64,000 bases of DNA from Eledone cirrhosa (GCA_964016885.1 OZ024742.1:324632001-324696000), one strand, 5' to 3'; counted from the first letter of the stretch, positions 38,763 through 52,691 are shown. Notes: generated from the sequence alone by a model not told the origin. Made by a program: numbers and translations.

Positions 38763-39017
38763 CTATCTATTATCTATCTATTTATCTATCTTCGGAATGC
38801 GTTTGCGATTTGTAGTTGGTTGCTTTACTGTTGTTCGTGTCCAAAAAGAGACACATCTGTCAAAGATATAAACAGACTAAACGGATAGAGAAGTGGGTAG
38901 GTAAGAAGATAGATAGACAGGTCGGACTAAATACGAAATACGTATATGTATAAAAAGATAAAGAGATAGATAGAAATTATTGTAATTTATATATATATGA
39001 ATCGAATGTTATTATAT

Positions 39018-39195
39018 TGGCAGTATCAGTAGAGGGTCTGACGCCATGCTTTCCAGCATACTAACGTCCCTTTACGATCTGAGTTCAATCCCGCCGAGGT
39101 TGACTTTGCCTTTCATCCTTACGGGGTCGATAAAATAAAGTACCAGTAATGCACTGGGTAATTGCTGGCCTTGTGCCTAAAGTAGAAACAATTAT
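39018..39195 (+). mobile_element. near full-length Nin/Deu-like tRNA SINE
   Basis: GGCAGTATCAGTAGAG..GAGTTCAATCCC..core..GTAGAAACAATTATT. Interrupts a copy of the 42.2-kb repeat tail. Confidence 0.9.
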
Positions 39196-39234
39196 TAATA
39201 TTCGAAAAACTCAGATTACCTTTATTATATATAA

Positions 39235-41914
39235 GTCTGGTAGGATATCAATAGATAGCATGCCGAACTACATCAAGGCTATGCAACCCCACATCACCAA
39301 CACGAGCGAAATTGCACAACAAACACACGATGGGAGAGAGAAAATCTTCAACGCTCACATGATGATGTGGACTGACATCCTAAAGCCAAGCAGACGCACT
39401 GCCAACAACTTCCAGGCGTCTAACAATGGCATACCACCCTTGTATGGGCTCCGCAAAGACCACACGACAGCCGACGACCCGACAACAGGACCACCAACAA
39501 GACCCGTATGCGGAGCTAATATAACTAGTAACTACAGGATCTCCTAGTTCCTCTCAATGGTTATACGCCCCATAATCAAGATGTCCCCGGATGTATGTGA
39601 CAGTACAGAGGACCTCCTCAGCAGAATCAGTGAGTGCAACAAAAACAGGAACCTATCCAACTGCATAATAGGCAGCATGGATGTGGTGTCACTGTACCCA
39701 TCCATTAACATTGATTTTGCTGTGAAAAGATGTGTGGAGATGATCATTGAGAGTGAGGTGGAGTTCTGCGACGTCGACACAGACGAACTGGGCCTCCTAC
39801 TTAGACTTATCTACGACACTGACTACCTAGACAGCCATGACCTTAGACGTTTCTGCCCTAGTAGACCCATAAGAGGTAGACCCCCACCATAACCTCAATG
39901 GCAAAAAAGACTCCCATGGGAAGGTGGATTGGGTGGACCAAAGCTATAATGACCCCCCAAAACAATGATCAGGTAAGAAAAATGGTCGCACATGTAATAG
40001 GGGCTAGTATCAAAACTACCATAAAGGGCCACATATTCAAATTCAACGAGAAGATCTACACCCAAAATGAGGGAGCAGCCATTGGCGTCAGCATAGCTGG
40101 TGATGATACCAAACTTTTCATGGTATGGTGGGAAAGGAGACTTAAAGATCTCCTTAATGAGAGCTCCATAGACCTCATCATGTACTCTCGTTACGTAGAC
40201 GATATCAATATAGTTATAAGAACATCCCCACTAGAGAGCATAACAAGTTTGATTTAGAACGTAGCACAATGGAAAGCATCCAGCAGATAGCTAATTCCAT
40301 ACACCAGAGTATAACTGTAACTATCGACTTCACTTCCAAACACCCTAACAATAGACTACCTGTATTAGACACGGAACTCTGGATTAACACTATAGACGAG
40401 AGAGCCCAAATTCTCCACTCACACTATGCTAAACCCATGGCCTCCAAATACCTGATACTCAAAAACTCAGCAATGTCCAGTAGTGCTAAGATTAATATTC
40501 TGATCGCAGATTTGGTACGAGTGATGAAAAATGTGTCCCGCATGTGCGACCCAACGAAATGGAAAGACACATCCAACACTTCATCAACCGCATGCAGTTC
40601 TCTGGCTACAACCAAAGAGACAGAGTCAGAGTATACGAAGGAGCCATGGAGAAGTATAAGACCCTCATAGAACTGGACATGAAAGGAATTTTCCCATTAT
40701 ACAGGAGCAAATCATGGAATAGCTTAGATAGGGTTAGACATAAGATAGGGAAAGCCACCTCATGGTACGACAACCAGAGATACCAGAGTGTCATGTTTGT
40801 GGACGCTACCCCTGGAGGGAAATTAGCTAACCAGTGTAGAAAGGCCCTGAGAAAGACCCACTTAAAGATTAAGGTGGTAGAAAAGCCAGGAACCACCATA
40901 AAATCCCTGATCAGCAAAACCTACCCTTTTAAGAAAACCCACTGTACCAATAGGAAATGTATCATATGTAAGGTAAACCCCCGGATAAACTGTAAAACTA
41001 GAAACGTAGTCTATAGCATAAGATGTACAGAGGGTACCTGCAGAAACATGACAACAACATACATAGGTGAGACAGCTCGTAGCATAGGTGAAAGGATAGA
41101 CCAACACTGGGGTGAACTAAAAGGACGAAAAAACGGTTCAGTACTATACGAACATGCCAGACAACAACATGACGGTAACATAGTCAACATAGAAATTAGA
41201 ATAATATCTAAACATAGAAATGAACCAGCAGATAGGCAAATCAGAGAGGCCAGTGAAATAGAACTTAGAAGACCAAGACTAAACAGAAAGAATGAATGGA
41301 ATAACAACAACAGCCAAACAAACAACACTGACCTAAGAGAAGTATAAATAAGTAAATAAAATAAAATAAAATAAAACAATAAATAAATAAATACACAAGC
41401 ACAATAACAACAAACACATAAACACACATTAGTCACCCAATCACGAACACACATCACACAACAAACAAAACACTATACACACACGCAAACGCATGCGCAA
41501 AGAAGACAAAATAAAATAAACAAACAAGCAAATAAATAAATAAATATATAGACAGACTGAATAAAAATGGCGTAGCCATACAATTCAACAGGAGGAAACA
41601 ATAGCACCACTGACGATGTTGCAGATGTGCAACGAAAGATTTATGATAAACTATATATATGTGTTTGTGTCTATATTGTATCTGTATTATTTTTGACCGT
41701 CGGTCAGTCAATGGCAACATTGAGGACCGAGTATATTAGATTACCGATATAAAAGACACAGAAGCGAAAAGCGAAAACCAACCAAACAGTGAGTGTGTTT
41801 TGTTATTAATTCTGGCAATATTACACAAATATGACCCTCCCCAAGTATAACAATATTTGTTTCGACACACGATTTCATATAAAAAACCTCACAAAACTAA
41901 TTCATCGCCGTTAA
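39235..41914 (+). mobile_element. 5'-truncated Naiad-type Penelope-like element (RT plus GIY-YIG), frameshifted
   Basis: PPLYGLRKDH, PTRPVCGA, GSMDVVSLYPSI, QNEGAAIG, RYVDD, LPVLD, KPMAS, PLYR, VMFVDATPGG, C-x4-C-x2-C..C, VVY..YIGETARS..ER..QH. (TA)n flanks. Confidence 0.9.
41601..41654 (+). ncRNA. type I hammerhead motif in the PLE 3' region
   Basis: CA-CTGACGA-TGTTGCA(GATG)TGCAAC-GAAA-GATT-TA^TG. Stem I is weak. Confidence 0.7.
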
Positions 41915-41925
41915 ATATATATATA

Positions 41926-41990
<65 letters not shown>

Positions 41991-42048
41991 ATAGGAAAAG
42001 AGTCAGGACCCCGACAGCTAGATCTGTATGTATATATATGTATATATA

Positions 42049-42310
42049 TAATAAATGTAATCTGAGTTTTTCGAATATTAATAATAACAATCGATTCGTT
42101 TGCAATTATGCAAACAACCCTCAATTTTATAGCCATCTCAGTAGAATGAACCCTTCATTCTTGCTCTTGTGTTGGCATGTGAACAGAATGAAGAGCAATA
42201 ATGAAGGGTTCATTCTACTGACATGGCTATACAATTGAGGCTTGTTTGCATAATTGCAAACGAATCGAATGTTATTATTAATATTCGAAAAACTTAGATT
42301 ACATTTATTG
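42049..42310. repeat. inverted repeat with ~120-bp arms and a 22-bp spacer
   Basis: 42049-42168 pairs with 42191-42310 with few mismatches. The same tail recurs at 38998-39230. Confidence 0.92.
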
Positions 42311-42336
42311 TATTCAGCCATATAGAGCGAAAATTT

Positions 42337-42395
<59 letters not shown>

Positions 42396-42403
42396 GAGAG
42401 GGA

Positions 42404-42441
<38 letters not shown>

Positions 42442-42899
42442 GAGAGAGAGAGAGAGAGAGAGGAGAGAAGAGGAATAGATGGAGCACTAGAATGTCTTAC
42501 GCTTAGGAGAGATATATAATAAGTGGGTTATATGGCGTGAATTCAAGACAGTTCCAAGGACAGCATTAGGTTTGTGTCATTGTGTAACCAAATTCAAATT
42601 ATGCGATTTCCGGTATTAATCAGAAAACTAATTATTGTAAATTGTTCAAGGTCACGTTCTACACGTGTTCTGTTAACCTTAACACGATCTATATGGTTAA
42701 GTATTTCCATTCATAAATCTGCTTAACATTGTAAATCTATAGAACTGCTGTCATTTTGAAAGATTTTCCTTTGAGTAGAGAACATTATATTGTTAACCAA
42801 GCAATATCGGAATGACTATCAGGCCAAATTATATTCTTTAATGGAATTGGTTTCTAGAGACTCTGTATCAGAAGGGAGTGGGTGTGTGTTTACGGGTGT

Positions 42900-44080
42900 G
42901 TGAGTGTTGTTCTGTATGGTGTGTTTGAAAGAGGGGGCGAGGGAGAGGGAGAGCTTGTTTAAGCGACTCCCCGGTTTTAATGGTTCTTGTTGATGTTGTT
43001 GGTGTAGCTGTTGTTGATGGTGGTGCTATTTCCTTTACTGTTGCTGCTGCTGGTGCTGCTGTTGTCTTTTGTCCCGGCACCGGTCTTGGCAGCAACGTTG
43101 GTTTCCTGCCCCCTGTAGCTTTCAGCTGGGGTCAAAAGCTCGCAGGTGTGTGGATTCACCACAAACGAAACAGTGCGGCCATTTGCCTATCAGGATTTCG
43201 ACCCGTCCGGCAGTTTGATGTGGCCCGAGACGTCTTTGATGTCTTCGGGTCTGATTTGGAGAAGAATCTCCAAATCACTCCCGGACCACCTTTCTCTCTT
43301 TGTAAATTTGACGTCGAGGAGGGTGTCAGAGCCATCAGCCGACACGCATCCCAGGAGCCACCGTAAATCCAGTCCCAGCGGAATACTGGGAACACAGACC
43401 TTTACTGTCCTCCTCCCCATATAGGACGGGTACAGAATTATTTGGTCCGTTTGCAGGGGATAACAGAATGTTTAATAGCAAGAGCCTCAGTTTTAAAGAA
43501 TACCAAGATGCTCCCAAATTGTTTGGCCCTTGCCATATGCTATATGCTATATGTTTTTATTATTAATACTGCCTCAACCTGTCCTTCGGAGGCTGTCTCG
43601 GCTTTTAGAGATTTAATAGAAATGCATCGTCTCCTTTGCTACCCATACCCCTGTCGAGACGTTTAAGTTGGCCCAGGTCTTTCTCACCTTATAATTTTTT
43701 CCCGCCTGAGCCAAACATTCATTTTTTTCTGTTAAGTCGAAATTATATAGCGTTTGACTCTTTGCCGCTGTGGCTACGAAACTACATCTGTTGGTGCTGC
43801 TGTTTTGCTACTTTCTTTTTCATTGTTGCTGATAGTGTTGTCATTGTTCATGTTGTTGGTGTTAGCGTTGTTGCTGCTGTTGTTATTTTTGTTCATATTA
43901 GTGTTCCCACTATTGTTGGTGCTGCTGTTGGCTATACTGCCTAATGTCGTATCGGTGATCATAATTGTTGTAGGAAGGGCAGCGTTATTCATCTCAACGT
44001 TCAAGCAACTGTCACATGACAGCTGGTTGAACGTTGGGAGGCGTGCTTCCTCCATGATTTTTCTTTTTAGAAAAAACAAG
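42900..44080 (-). pseudogene. decayed ORF1 (gag-like) of a Tx1/L1-type LINE
   Basis: Zinc-knuckle remnant GKWPHCFVCGESTHLRAFDP (43128-43187), GRRTVKVCV..IP block, low-complexity flanks. A Tx1-like 3' end lies just upstream (~44220-44270). Confidence 0.6.
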
Positions 44081-45143
44081 ACCCAAATATTACGGGGTTA
44101 CCTTGAAACAGTGCAAGGTGTGGCGCCTTATAAACAGTTTCTGACAAAAATATTCAAATATTCAAATACGTCTTGGCAGACCAAATATTAATGATAATAA
44201 TAATAAATATAATAATAATGACAATTTCATTTGTTGGTCAAATGGGCAGAAAGTGTGAGAAAACAAAATGTGATCGATATATATATATAATCTTGTTTGA
44301 ATGTTTATTTTGGTAGGCTTTTCTATATATGTGTGTGTGTAGATTTGAATATATGTGTGTATATTATTGTATGTGTATGTATATATGTGCTTATATATGT
44401 TTGGGTGTCTGTCTGTGTGCAAGTGAGCCAGATTATTGGTGTGTTTGTATTTATTAGTGTGGAATAGTATGGGAGGAAAAATGTAATAGCGAAATAATTT
44501 GATAGTCTAGGTTTAATGATGTATGAGACAGATTCCAATCACGAAATAAAGATGGATACACACACACACACACACACACGCACGCACACACACACATACA
44601 CACGCATGCACACACACACACATACACACACAACTATACATAGATACATCTATATACGAACTTCACATTAAAATACCGCATAGACACACACTGATATAAG
44701 CTCACAATGCAGAATGTCCCATGCTTACATACATAATACAGCATATACACATGCATACACATGTATGCGTATATAAATACACACACATACAGTCATATAT
44801 ACGTACATATGCACACTCTTAAACACCACTCATACACACGCACACACACTTACATAAATAGAGACCATGTAGAGATCATGTGTATACTAACACATACACC
44901 TGTATGAACACAGGACACCTATATATAGACATATAAGCCAATAAAAGCGAGAGATAGAGGAAGGTGACCATTCGTCCTGCTAGAGATAACGATGATATTC
45001 TATCAACTCAACCTGTACCCTCGGGATTACAGAAGGGTTCATAGCATAATGTAATCTTAGATATACATAAACATCTCTGCTGGCATGGTTTGCACAAGTT
45101 AACATGAGAGTAAACAGCAGCATTGACACATACACACACACAC

Positions 45144-45178
<35 letters not shown>

Positions 45179-45184
45179 TATATA

Positions 45185-45264
45185 CAGGGTGTCCCTCAAA
45201 AATGTATACACACTTCAACAACATTCTAATAAAGAGTGTGTGTGTATTCTTTTTTGGGACACAC

Positions 45265-45266
<2 letters not shown>
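45185..45266. mobile_element. 82-bp Tc1/mariner-like MITE
   Basis: TIRs CAGGGTGTCCCTCAAAAATGTATACACAC / GTGTGTATTCTTTTTTGGGACACACTG, in (TA)n. Confidence 0.75.
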
Positions 45267-45309
<43 letters not shown>

Positions 45310-45411
45310 ATATATAGGAAAATGTTTAACCCGGACGGCAGAGCTCAAGCCGTATCGACGGCTATTTCTGGTGCGTTATGGTCCATCTGGTTCCTTACGA
45401 CACCTCGTTCG

Positions 45412-45470
<59 letters not shown>

Positions 45471-46160
45471 GATACATATGCCTATATATGTATATATATA
45501 CATATATATATATATATATGTGTGTGTGTTTATGTACGTGTGTGTGTGTAGTGATAGAAATACAAATAGGCCCAGAGAGAGGGGGTTTACTTTTGTAATA
45601 ATATACGACATAGAGATGAAGATACTAAGAGATATATGGCTTTTATCTGCAACGATATTATTATTGATTACTTCATTTCCGATAGTTTGACCCCCCCCCC
45701 CCCTCCCCCATAAAAAAAATCACATACATATTATATAAAAATAACAACAAAAAGATAGCAAGCAGTATATTGTTTTACTGCTTAATCATGCAAGTCTGCT
45801 ACGCTGAATATTGATCTAACAATTTTGAATGTAATGCTTTATCGCTCTTCTGGAACTGAAATCAATTACTCTTCCCTTTCCTCCTTTTCCTGTACTCGAA
45901 AGTTTTTTTTATGTTCCTCTAATTTAAATTTCCTTCCTTTATTTCATTTTCCTCGCATTATTTTAGTGGTTGCAGGTAGTGGACACTGTTCGTTGAAGTC
46001 TGGTTGTAGCGTTTAACAATCACATTAATCCACATTTGATCCCAATAAGCTGCATACAGTGAAAATGTCTTCTATGATATACTGGGTTTGACACAAACCC
46101 CGTGAGTAAAATTGGTTAGAGGGAAATTGAATTTATATATAGGGTAATTATAAATATATA

Positions 46161-46640
46161 TAGGGTGTCCCCCAAAAATGTATACACACTTTGATTACCT
46201 GTACAGGCAATATTTATTAGAATGCACAGCCTTTCCCAAATATAAATTGATCTATAGACAATTCAATTGTAAGTAAACACCCCAAAATGCTTACATAATT
46301 TAAATAATTCCGTTCTACTTTTGGCACAAGGCCAGCAATTACCCCAGTGCATTACTGGTACTTTATTTTATCGACCCCGTAAAGATGAAAGGCAAAGTTA
46401 ACCTCAGCGGGATTAATTACATAATTTAATTACATAATTTAAATAATTGTTTCTACTTTTTGGCACAAGACCAGCAATTACTCAGTGCATTACTGGTACT
46501 TTATTTTATCGACCCCGTAAGGATGAAAGGCAAAGTTAACCTCGAGGGGATTTGAACTCAGAATGGCAAATGCATATAAAACAGAATTTATATTAATGCA
46601 CTTTTAAAAGTTTTGTTGTGTATACATTTTCTGGGGACAG

Positions 46641-46644
<4 letters not shown>
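46161..46644. mobile_element. longer MITE of the same family carrying two nested SINE copies (46306-46412, 46444-46565)
   Basis: TAGGGTGTCCCCCAAAAATGTATACAC ... GTGTATACATTTTCTGGGGACAGTCTG, with TA flanks. Confidence 0.75.
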
Positions 46645-46724
<80 letters not shown>

Positions 46725-49700
46725 TGCATGACAGTACATGTATCTGGGGGTGGGGGTCAACATAAAGGGATGCCTTCATTAGCAACACCTCAATCGTGGG
46801 TGATATTAACGGATTTCAATCTGTTGCAAGTATTCATACTAGGTATCTGGTCTGAGAGTAAAATCATTCTCTTCCTTCAACCTGTCCCAAAGGCTCTGCA
46901 ATGGTTCAGGGCAGCTATCACCCTTCGCTGACTATGCTATAAGAACAAGGCTTATAAAACCAATACGAAAGTTTGTAAATATTGTGCTTAAATATGCTAT
47001 AAGTATATGCTGGACACGATGCGTCTTTTGTTAACTAACATATACTATGGTAGAGAACTTACAGATTTGTTAATTTGACAGACAGACTGTCTTGCTGAAC
47101 TTTTAAATAGGAGGTATAATTATTGAGCATTCAGTCGTTTGATGAATTAAATTTTAACTCCTAAAATTAACATGTAAGCGGTTGAGTTTGCTCAAGATAT
47201 GTACATCCTTGTAGCATTGACGTAAATCTCAGCCTGAACCAGCGTAACACGATACTGAACAATTGAGATTGAGATATTGATCCCGGAAGCATGATAGGCA
47301 AGATTGAAATCGGTGGAATTTGAACTCAGGGCAATGGTACCCGAAACGGAATGATATTCAATTCGAAGCTCCAGTGATTTTGCTAATTCAATACTTTGGC
47401 ACAGACAATAAAGAGAGTCATACTAGACGTTTTATGATATGTATTTCTATGTTTCGTTGATATTATTGTTTGTATAATGTTAATCTGGATTTTAAATATC
47501 ATAGCACAGACCTCGATAAAATAAAGCTGTATCAATAGACACAAGCTGATTCATTCAATTGTAATTGCTCGTGCATAATCAAGCGAAGTCGATATTATCG
47601 CCCACTTTAATTCACGACTATTCAAATTTACATTCTACTATAAAAACAATTTAAACATATCGATTAGAGAAATGTATTCAGGAAATATTTGCGGTGAATT
47701 GGCGGAGTAGTTTGAACACCTGATAAAATGCATTACTGTATTGTTTCCTGCTCTCCGTCCTGAGTTCAAATACTACTGGAAGAAATCGGCTGTGGAATGT
47801 GTAGAGGAATGGGCCTCATTAGGTTTAAGAATTCCCAGGATACGCTGGGGCCTTTACGACTTCATCAGGAGTTACGGTTTCATGGATGGATAACAATAAT
47901 TTAAACGTGATGATTAAAGAAATGTATTCAGAAATTACTTTCAGCATGGCATATATCATAGTCATAGGATGTCGTAACTGGTCGAGTCAGTGTTAACTTC
48001 GTTGCTTCGGATCCATCTATTATCATTTTACATTCCCTTGACCAATCATTTAATTCTTAATGGTTTATCCGCCATTGCTACATGCTGTCGAAGCATGTAG
48101 TAAGGAATTCGAAATGTGTTTAGCACGATTCTGATATTGTACGGTTAGATATCATCTACATTTCTATTAACAGAGTTCAGAATGTAAAATGACTATGGTT
48201 CCTGCAGTATGACAGAAGTACTGATGCATTGAGATGTTGAATTGTTGCAATCTTTTCCAGTAATTATCTTACCCGAAATTCGATAGCAAGAAAATGAACA
48301 TAAAGTGAATCAATTTTCTGATGTTCATAAAAATAGAAACGATTGATTTGAAGTTTAAAAATGATTAACTATTCATTTTCTAACAAACATGATAATAATT
48401 GTGTTTACTTTAAAATAAATTGTGCCTTTATATTTAATAAGATGGCGAATTTGTAGAGTCGTTAACGCGTGGGATTAAAAATGCTTCGGTTTTTGTTCCA
48501 GGAGAGCGTTCAGAAGTAAGTGGTTTTATCATACATCATCAATGATGTTGTTCAGCCCTGTGGTCGGTACTCTATCAACTCCGTCAATATAGATGAATAT
48601 ATTAGTTATTGAAATACAATAACGCTGAAAAAAAAAAAGAAACAAAACAAAACAGAAACCAAAAATACAAAAACAAATAGTTTCTTGTGATTTGGAAGTT
48701 AGGTCTAATCTTGTGTATATCTGAGACTGTAATTCTAGTTTGGATTTACTTCATCTAGATTTGTAGATGCAAAATGTGTCTTTATATATTGATATATCCA
48801 TCTGAGATCTAAAATTAGGCACCGCGGTAGCACCATTATTTTGTGTCTTTAGAATTAAAGTCTATCTTCGGATATACATCAGCAAAAACTATTGCCCAGT
48901 ATAACGGTTTGGCATTACGAAATCATTAATGTCTGTGGGGGAAGGTATAGATAAATTAGACTAAAGCTTGTGTTGTCTCTTATAGGGCCGACGATTGATG
49001 AACAAGTACCAACTGGACCGGCCCCTTAACTCCTGATTATATGGTAATAGCAAACACATTACGTGATTCACTATTTTGTGTTCATAGATGATTTCAAAAT
49101 TGAGTATAAATGTTTCCAAATATTTATATAATTCGTAATGCCATAGAACTGGATAGATATACACTCCGTATTAGTTGTACACATATATCGTTGTAGTTAT
49201 CATTGCTTCAAAATCCTCCTGTTTCATTTAGCGTTATCGTTAATCGTTTTGCAAGAAAAATCTTTTTGTTGTATAATTGCGAATCATTTACTTATACAAC
49301 TTAACGAAAAGTCACTTTCCAAGCAGTTACTCGTCGGAGGATAGGGGTCTCTTTTCTTTTAGTGGTAGTTCATACATTACCCAGACATATTATTTGTTCA
49401 TGTGAATAGAAATAGGATGAAATCGTGTTGAATTTAGGTCCAGAAGAACTTTAACTCTTGCTCTATGTATCTCATTAGGTAGTCAGTTATTAAACTATCA
49501 AAACACCAACGGATATATTTATCTATATGTACTATATCTTTACTAAAGTAGAGTGAGGGCACGTGATTTCGGGGTGCGGGTGTTCAGCTAATGATCGGTG
49601 AGATCGATCCTAAGCGGCACGTTGTAACTTTGAGCAAGAAACTATATTGTTCTTCCTCCATTTCCCTCAGTTGGAAAACAGTGAGCTGTATCTTTAATTC

Positions 49701-49932
49701 AAAAGTCAAACTTATCACACACTGTTTCGCATTGAATCTCCATAGTATTACGTTATGGATACACCTATCTGAATTGCCCAGTGATGTGTACGTCAATTTT
49801 ACGAACAGTCTGTTCTGTTGGTCAGTCAACTGGAACACTTGGGATTTGAACGCCGAGGTTAACTTTGTTGAATTTGTTGAATAATGAAATAGGATATTGA
49901 ACAAAGTCTGTTTATATATATTATTGAACATT

Positions 49933-50117
49933 AATTGTTTCTACTTTAGGCACAAGGCCAGCAATTACCCAGTGCATTACTGGTACTTTATTTTATCGAC
50001 CTTGTAAGGATGAAAGGCAAAGTCAACCTCAGCGGGATTTGAACTCAGATCGTAAAGGGACGTAACTATGCTGGAAAGCATGGCGTCCGACCCTCTACCA
50101 TTACTGCCAATCCACCG
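49933..50117 (-). mobile_element. near full-length Nin/Deu-like tRNA SINE
   Basis: Head, B-box, core and tail as in the other copies. Confidence 0.9.
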
Positions 50118-50833
50118 AACATTAATATCAGCGAATTTAACATATGAATGCATAAAATAAATCTGTATGTAACACACACAATTGAACATCAATAAAAAGA
50201 AATGTATATCTAACATATATTACCGAGCATTAAATATAGTAATATGAATATAACAGTTTTTGTATTTTATAATTAATCAATATGGCTATAGCACTATTCA
50301 ATGGTTTTAGCCTTTATCATTCGATCTCAGATAACATCTCTTGACAAACAATCATATGAATACATACATGCACGATGGCTGCAACTCGATTTCGAGTAAT
50401 GAGATCGCTTGATACTTAAGGATGAGCATCACAGACGTGGTGTTTAATCCTACGTATGGTCAACAATGCCATGCATCGCAAAAAAAAAAAAAAATGTCAC
50501 ATCAAGCGATGCCTGTGATTGACGCTTTTTAAAGCGAGGAAAGGCTTTGCATTGGGCCAATCCCACAAATTGCAGTCAAAACCCCTTCAACTTGAACCCT
50601 ACTCTCTTAAAAAGGAAAGTGTCATGCATATCGATGATAACATAGGCTTGTATAAACTGTACCGTAAACAAATGCCATATATCAGAGATATATTAACTCA
50701 CCAGCCACCTGGTTTATCAAATCCTCTGTAATCAGAATGCTTGTTTGACCTCAAATTGCAATTGTTGAACAGAGAAAAATCATTAGAGTCCAGATCTATG
50801 TGTATAAAATGTTTTCTAACTCCATTAATATTT

Positions 50834-50989
50834 TTAACAGATCCAACCATCCATTCGTTTATTTCTTTTCGGTAAAGGACAATTAACTCTTGATGAAGTT
50901 GAAGATGTGCCATCCTGACAGACGAAGTGACTTGTGCATTTTAAACCTGGCGAAGTCCATTCCTCTCCAGGTATGAAATCAGCCGATTC
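50834..50989 (-). CDS. possible host exon encoding a Cys-containing VWC-like peptide
   Basis: Long pyrimidine tract plus AG acceptor, then ESADFIPGEEWTSPGLKCTSHFVCQDGTSSTSSRVNCP...*. Confidence 0.3.
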   Translation of the reverse strand, partial: ESADFIPGEEWTSPGLKCTSHFVCQDGTSSTSSRVNCPLPKRNKRMDGWIC

Positions 50990-51612
50990 CTTCAAGGGGA
51001 GAAGAGAAAGGGGAGAGAGGGAGTCTGAGACAGAGATAAATAGGTATTGATGAAAAGAGATAGAGGAAAAACCGACCACAGTAGTGGGCTAGTAGTCCTT
51101 TTATCGATCTCGCAAAGATGAAAGCCAAATTTGACTGGTGGGATTTGAACTGAGAGCGCGCAGTGAATTGGGACAAATCCAGGCATTTTAAAACCGATTC
51201 CATAGGAACTCTGCCAGGTCGGTGCCTTTCATCTCTTTCTACCTACATTCAATAAAGATATTAGACAACACCTTTACTCAATAAGAGCCATTCCCATCTG
51301 ACATTAATGTTTAAAATTCAGGCTTTAATGTCGCTCGATTAGACACGTCCAAATCTTTAAGAGGACAGCTCAAGCCAATCGATCGGTCCCATCGTTTTGG
51401 CCTAATCAATACTATTATAAATATGTTTACTGTATAATCATTATATTTATTTACAGTTTCAGTTACTATTTCCATTATATATGGTTTATGATATTTCTCT
51501 CACTATTCTCATTTTGAATTTGTACTGGGCTGGAGTATATCCCCAAAACCTCAATGCTTTTGACCATGGTTCCATCGTTTTGCTGGATCAGGAAGGAACA
51601 TTAATATCTAAA

Positions 51613-51777
51613 CCACCACCACGACAGCCACCACCACCACCACGACAGCCACCACCACCACCACGACAGCCACTACCACCACCACGACAGCCACCACCAC
51701 CACCACGACAGCCACCACCACCACCACGACAGCCACCACCACCACCACGACAGCCACCACCACCACCACAACAGCCA
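51613..51777. repeat. 21-bp tandem repeat (CCACCACCACCACCACGACAG) x ~7.5
   Basis: Direct reading. Confidence 0.93.
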
Positions 51778-51964
51778 CACCACCATTACTACCATGGCTT
51801 TTTCAACAACAACATCAAAACGAAAAACGACCCCAGCAACAAAATCAACAATAACGACACCGACATACATACATACATAAATATATAGATGCATGCAAAC
51901 ATACATACATACATACATACATACATACATACATACATACATACATACATACATACATACATAC

Positions 51965-52336
51965 ATGGTGGCTGCCAACTCGTTTTCGAGTACGGCCACT
52001 ACTTTATATCCATGTAGGAGAACCCCTACCGAAGCGCTGAACGAGTGTGACTTTTTAGTCCAGCCAGCGACTTGAAAACTCTGGTACAAACACTACACTT
52101 GTGACAATTATTGACACATAGTGCTGGGCCCATGGTACCATGTGAGGACAAGTGCAGAGAGATCTCCAGATATAAAGCAATGCCTGTGCCGTGAAGCTTT
52201 TATAGTGAGCAAAGGCACTGCACAAAGCCAGTCCCACTCTCTTAACCAAGATGATATTTACCAAAAAGAAGAACAAGTCAACATCATAGGATACCATCAG
52301 GGTTGCAGGTGTTATATCAGAGTTTTCCTTCTCCTA
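51965..52336 (-). mobile_element. second copy of the ~370-bp repeat at 12742-13121
   Basis: Near-identical reverse complement, embedded in (TACA)n. Confidence 0.8.
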
Positions 52337-52691
52337 GAATACATACATACATACACACATACACACATACATACACACATACATACATACATACATACAT
52401 ACATACATACATACATACATACATACATACATACATACATACATAACATTTGTGAAATTATAAAACCAGAAGAACATACATACATACATAAATACATACG
52501 TACGTACATACATAAATATATACATGCATGCAAACATACATACATGCATATATACATACATGATACATTCATACTCATATAGATACCATACAGAAAGGAT
52601 AAAAACACGCATGTATACAACGAAATATAATTGAAAACAAATAATTAAATAAAATTCATATATATATAATTTACTTTACTTGGCGCTAATG

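Noticed and set aside
39235-41914. Selenoprotein-type Naiad (in-frame UGA plus SECIS)
   Set aside because: Linker cysteines are TGT/TGC and no SECIS was recognised.
47855-47885. GAAAC..CTGATGA on the minus strand
   Set aside because: Spacing is too short for stem I and the core order does not close.
51481-51888. Pro-rich ORF with a hydrophobic N-terminus
   Set aside because: Pro tract is a 21-bp repeat with almost no wobble variation, running into (TACA)n; no support for coding.
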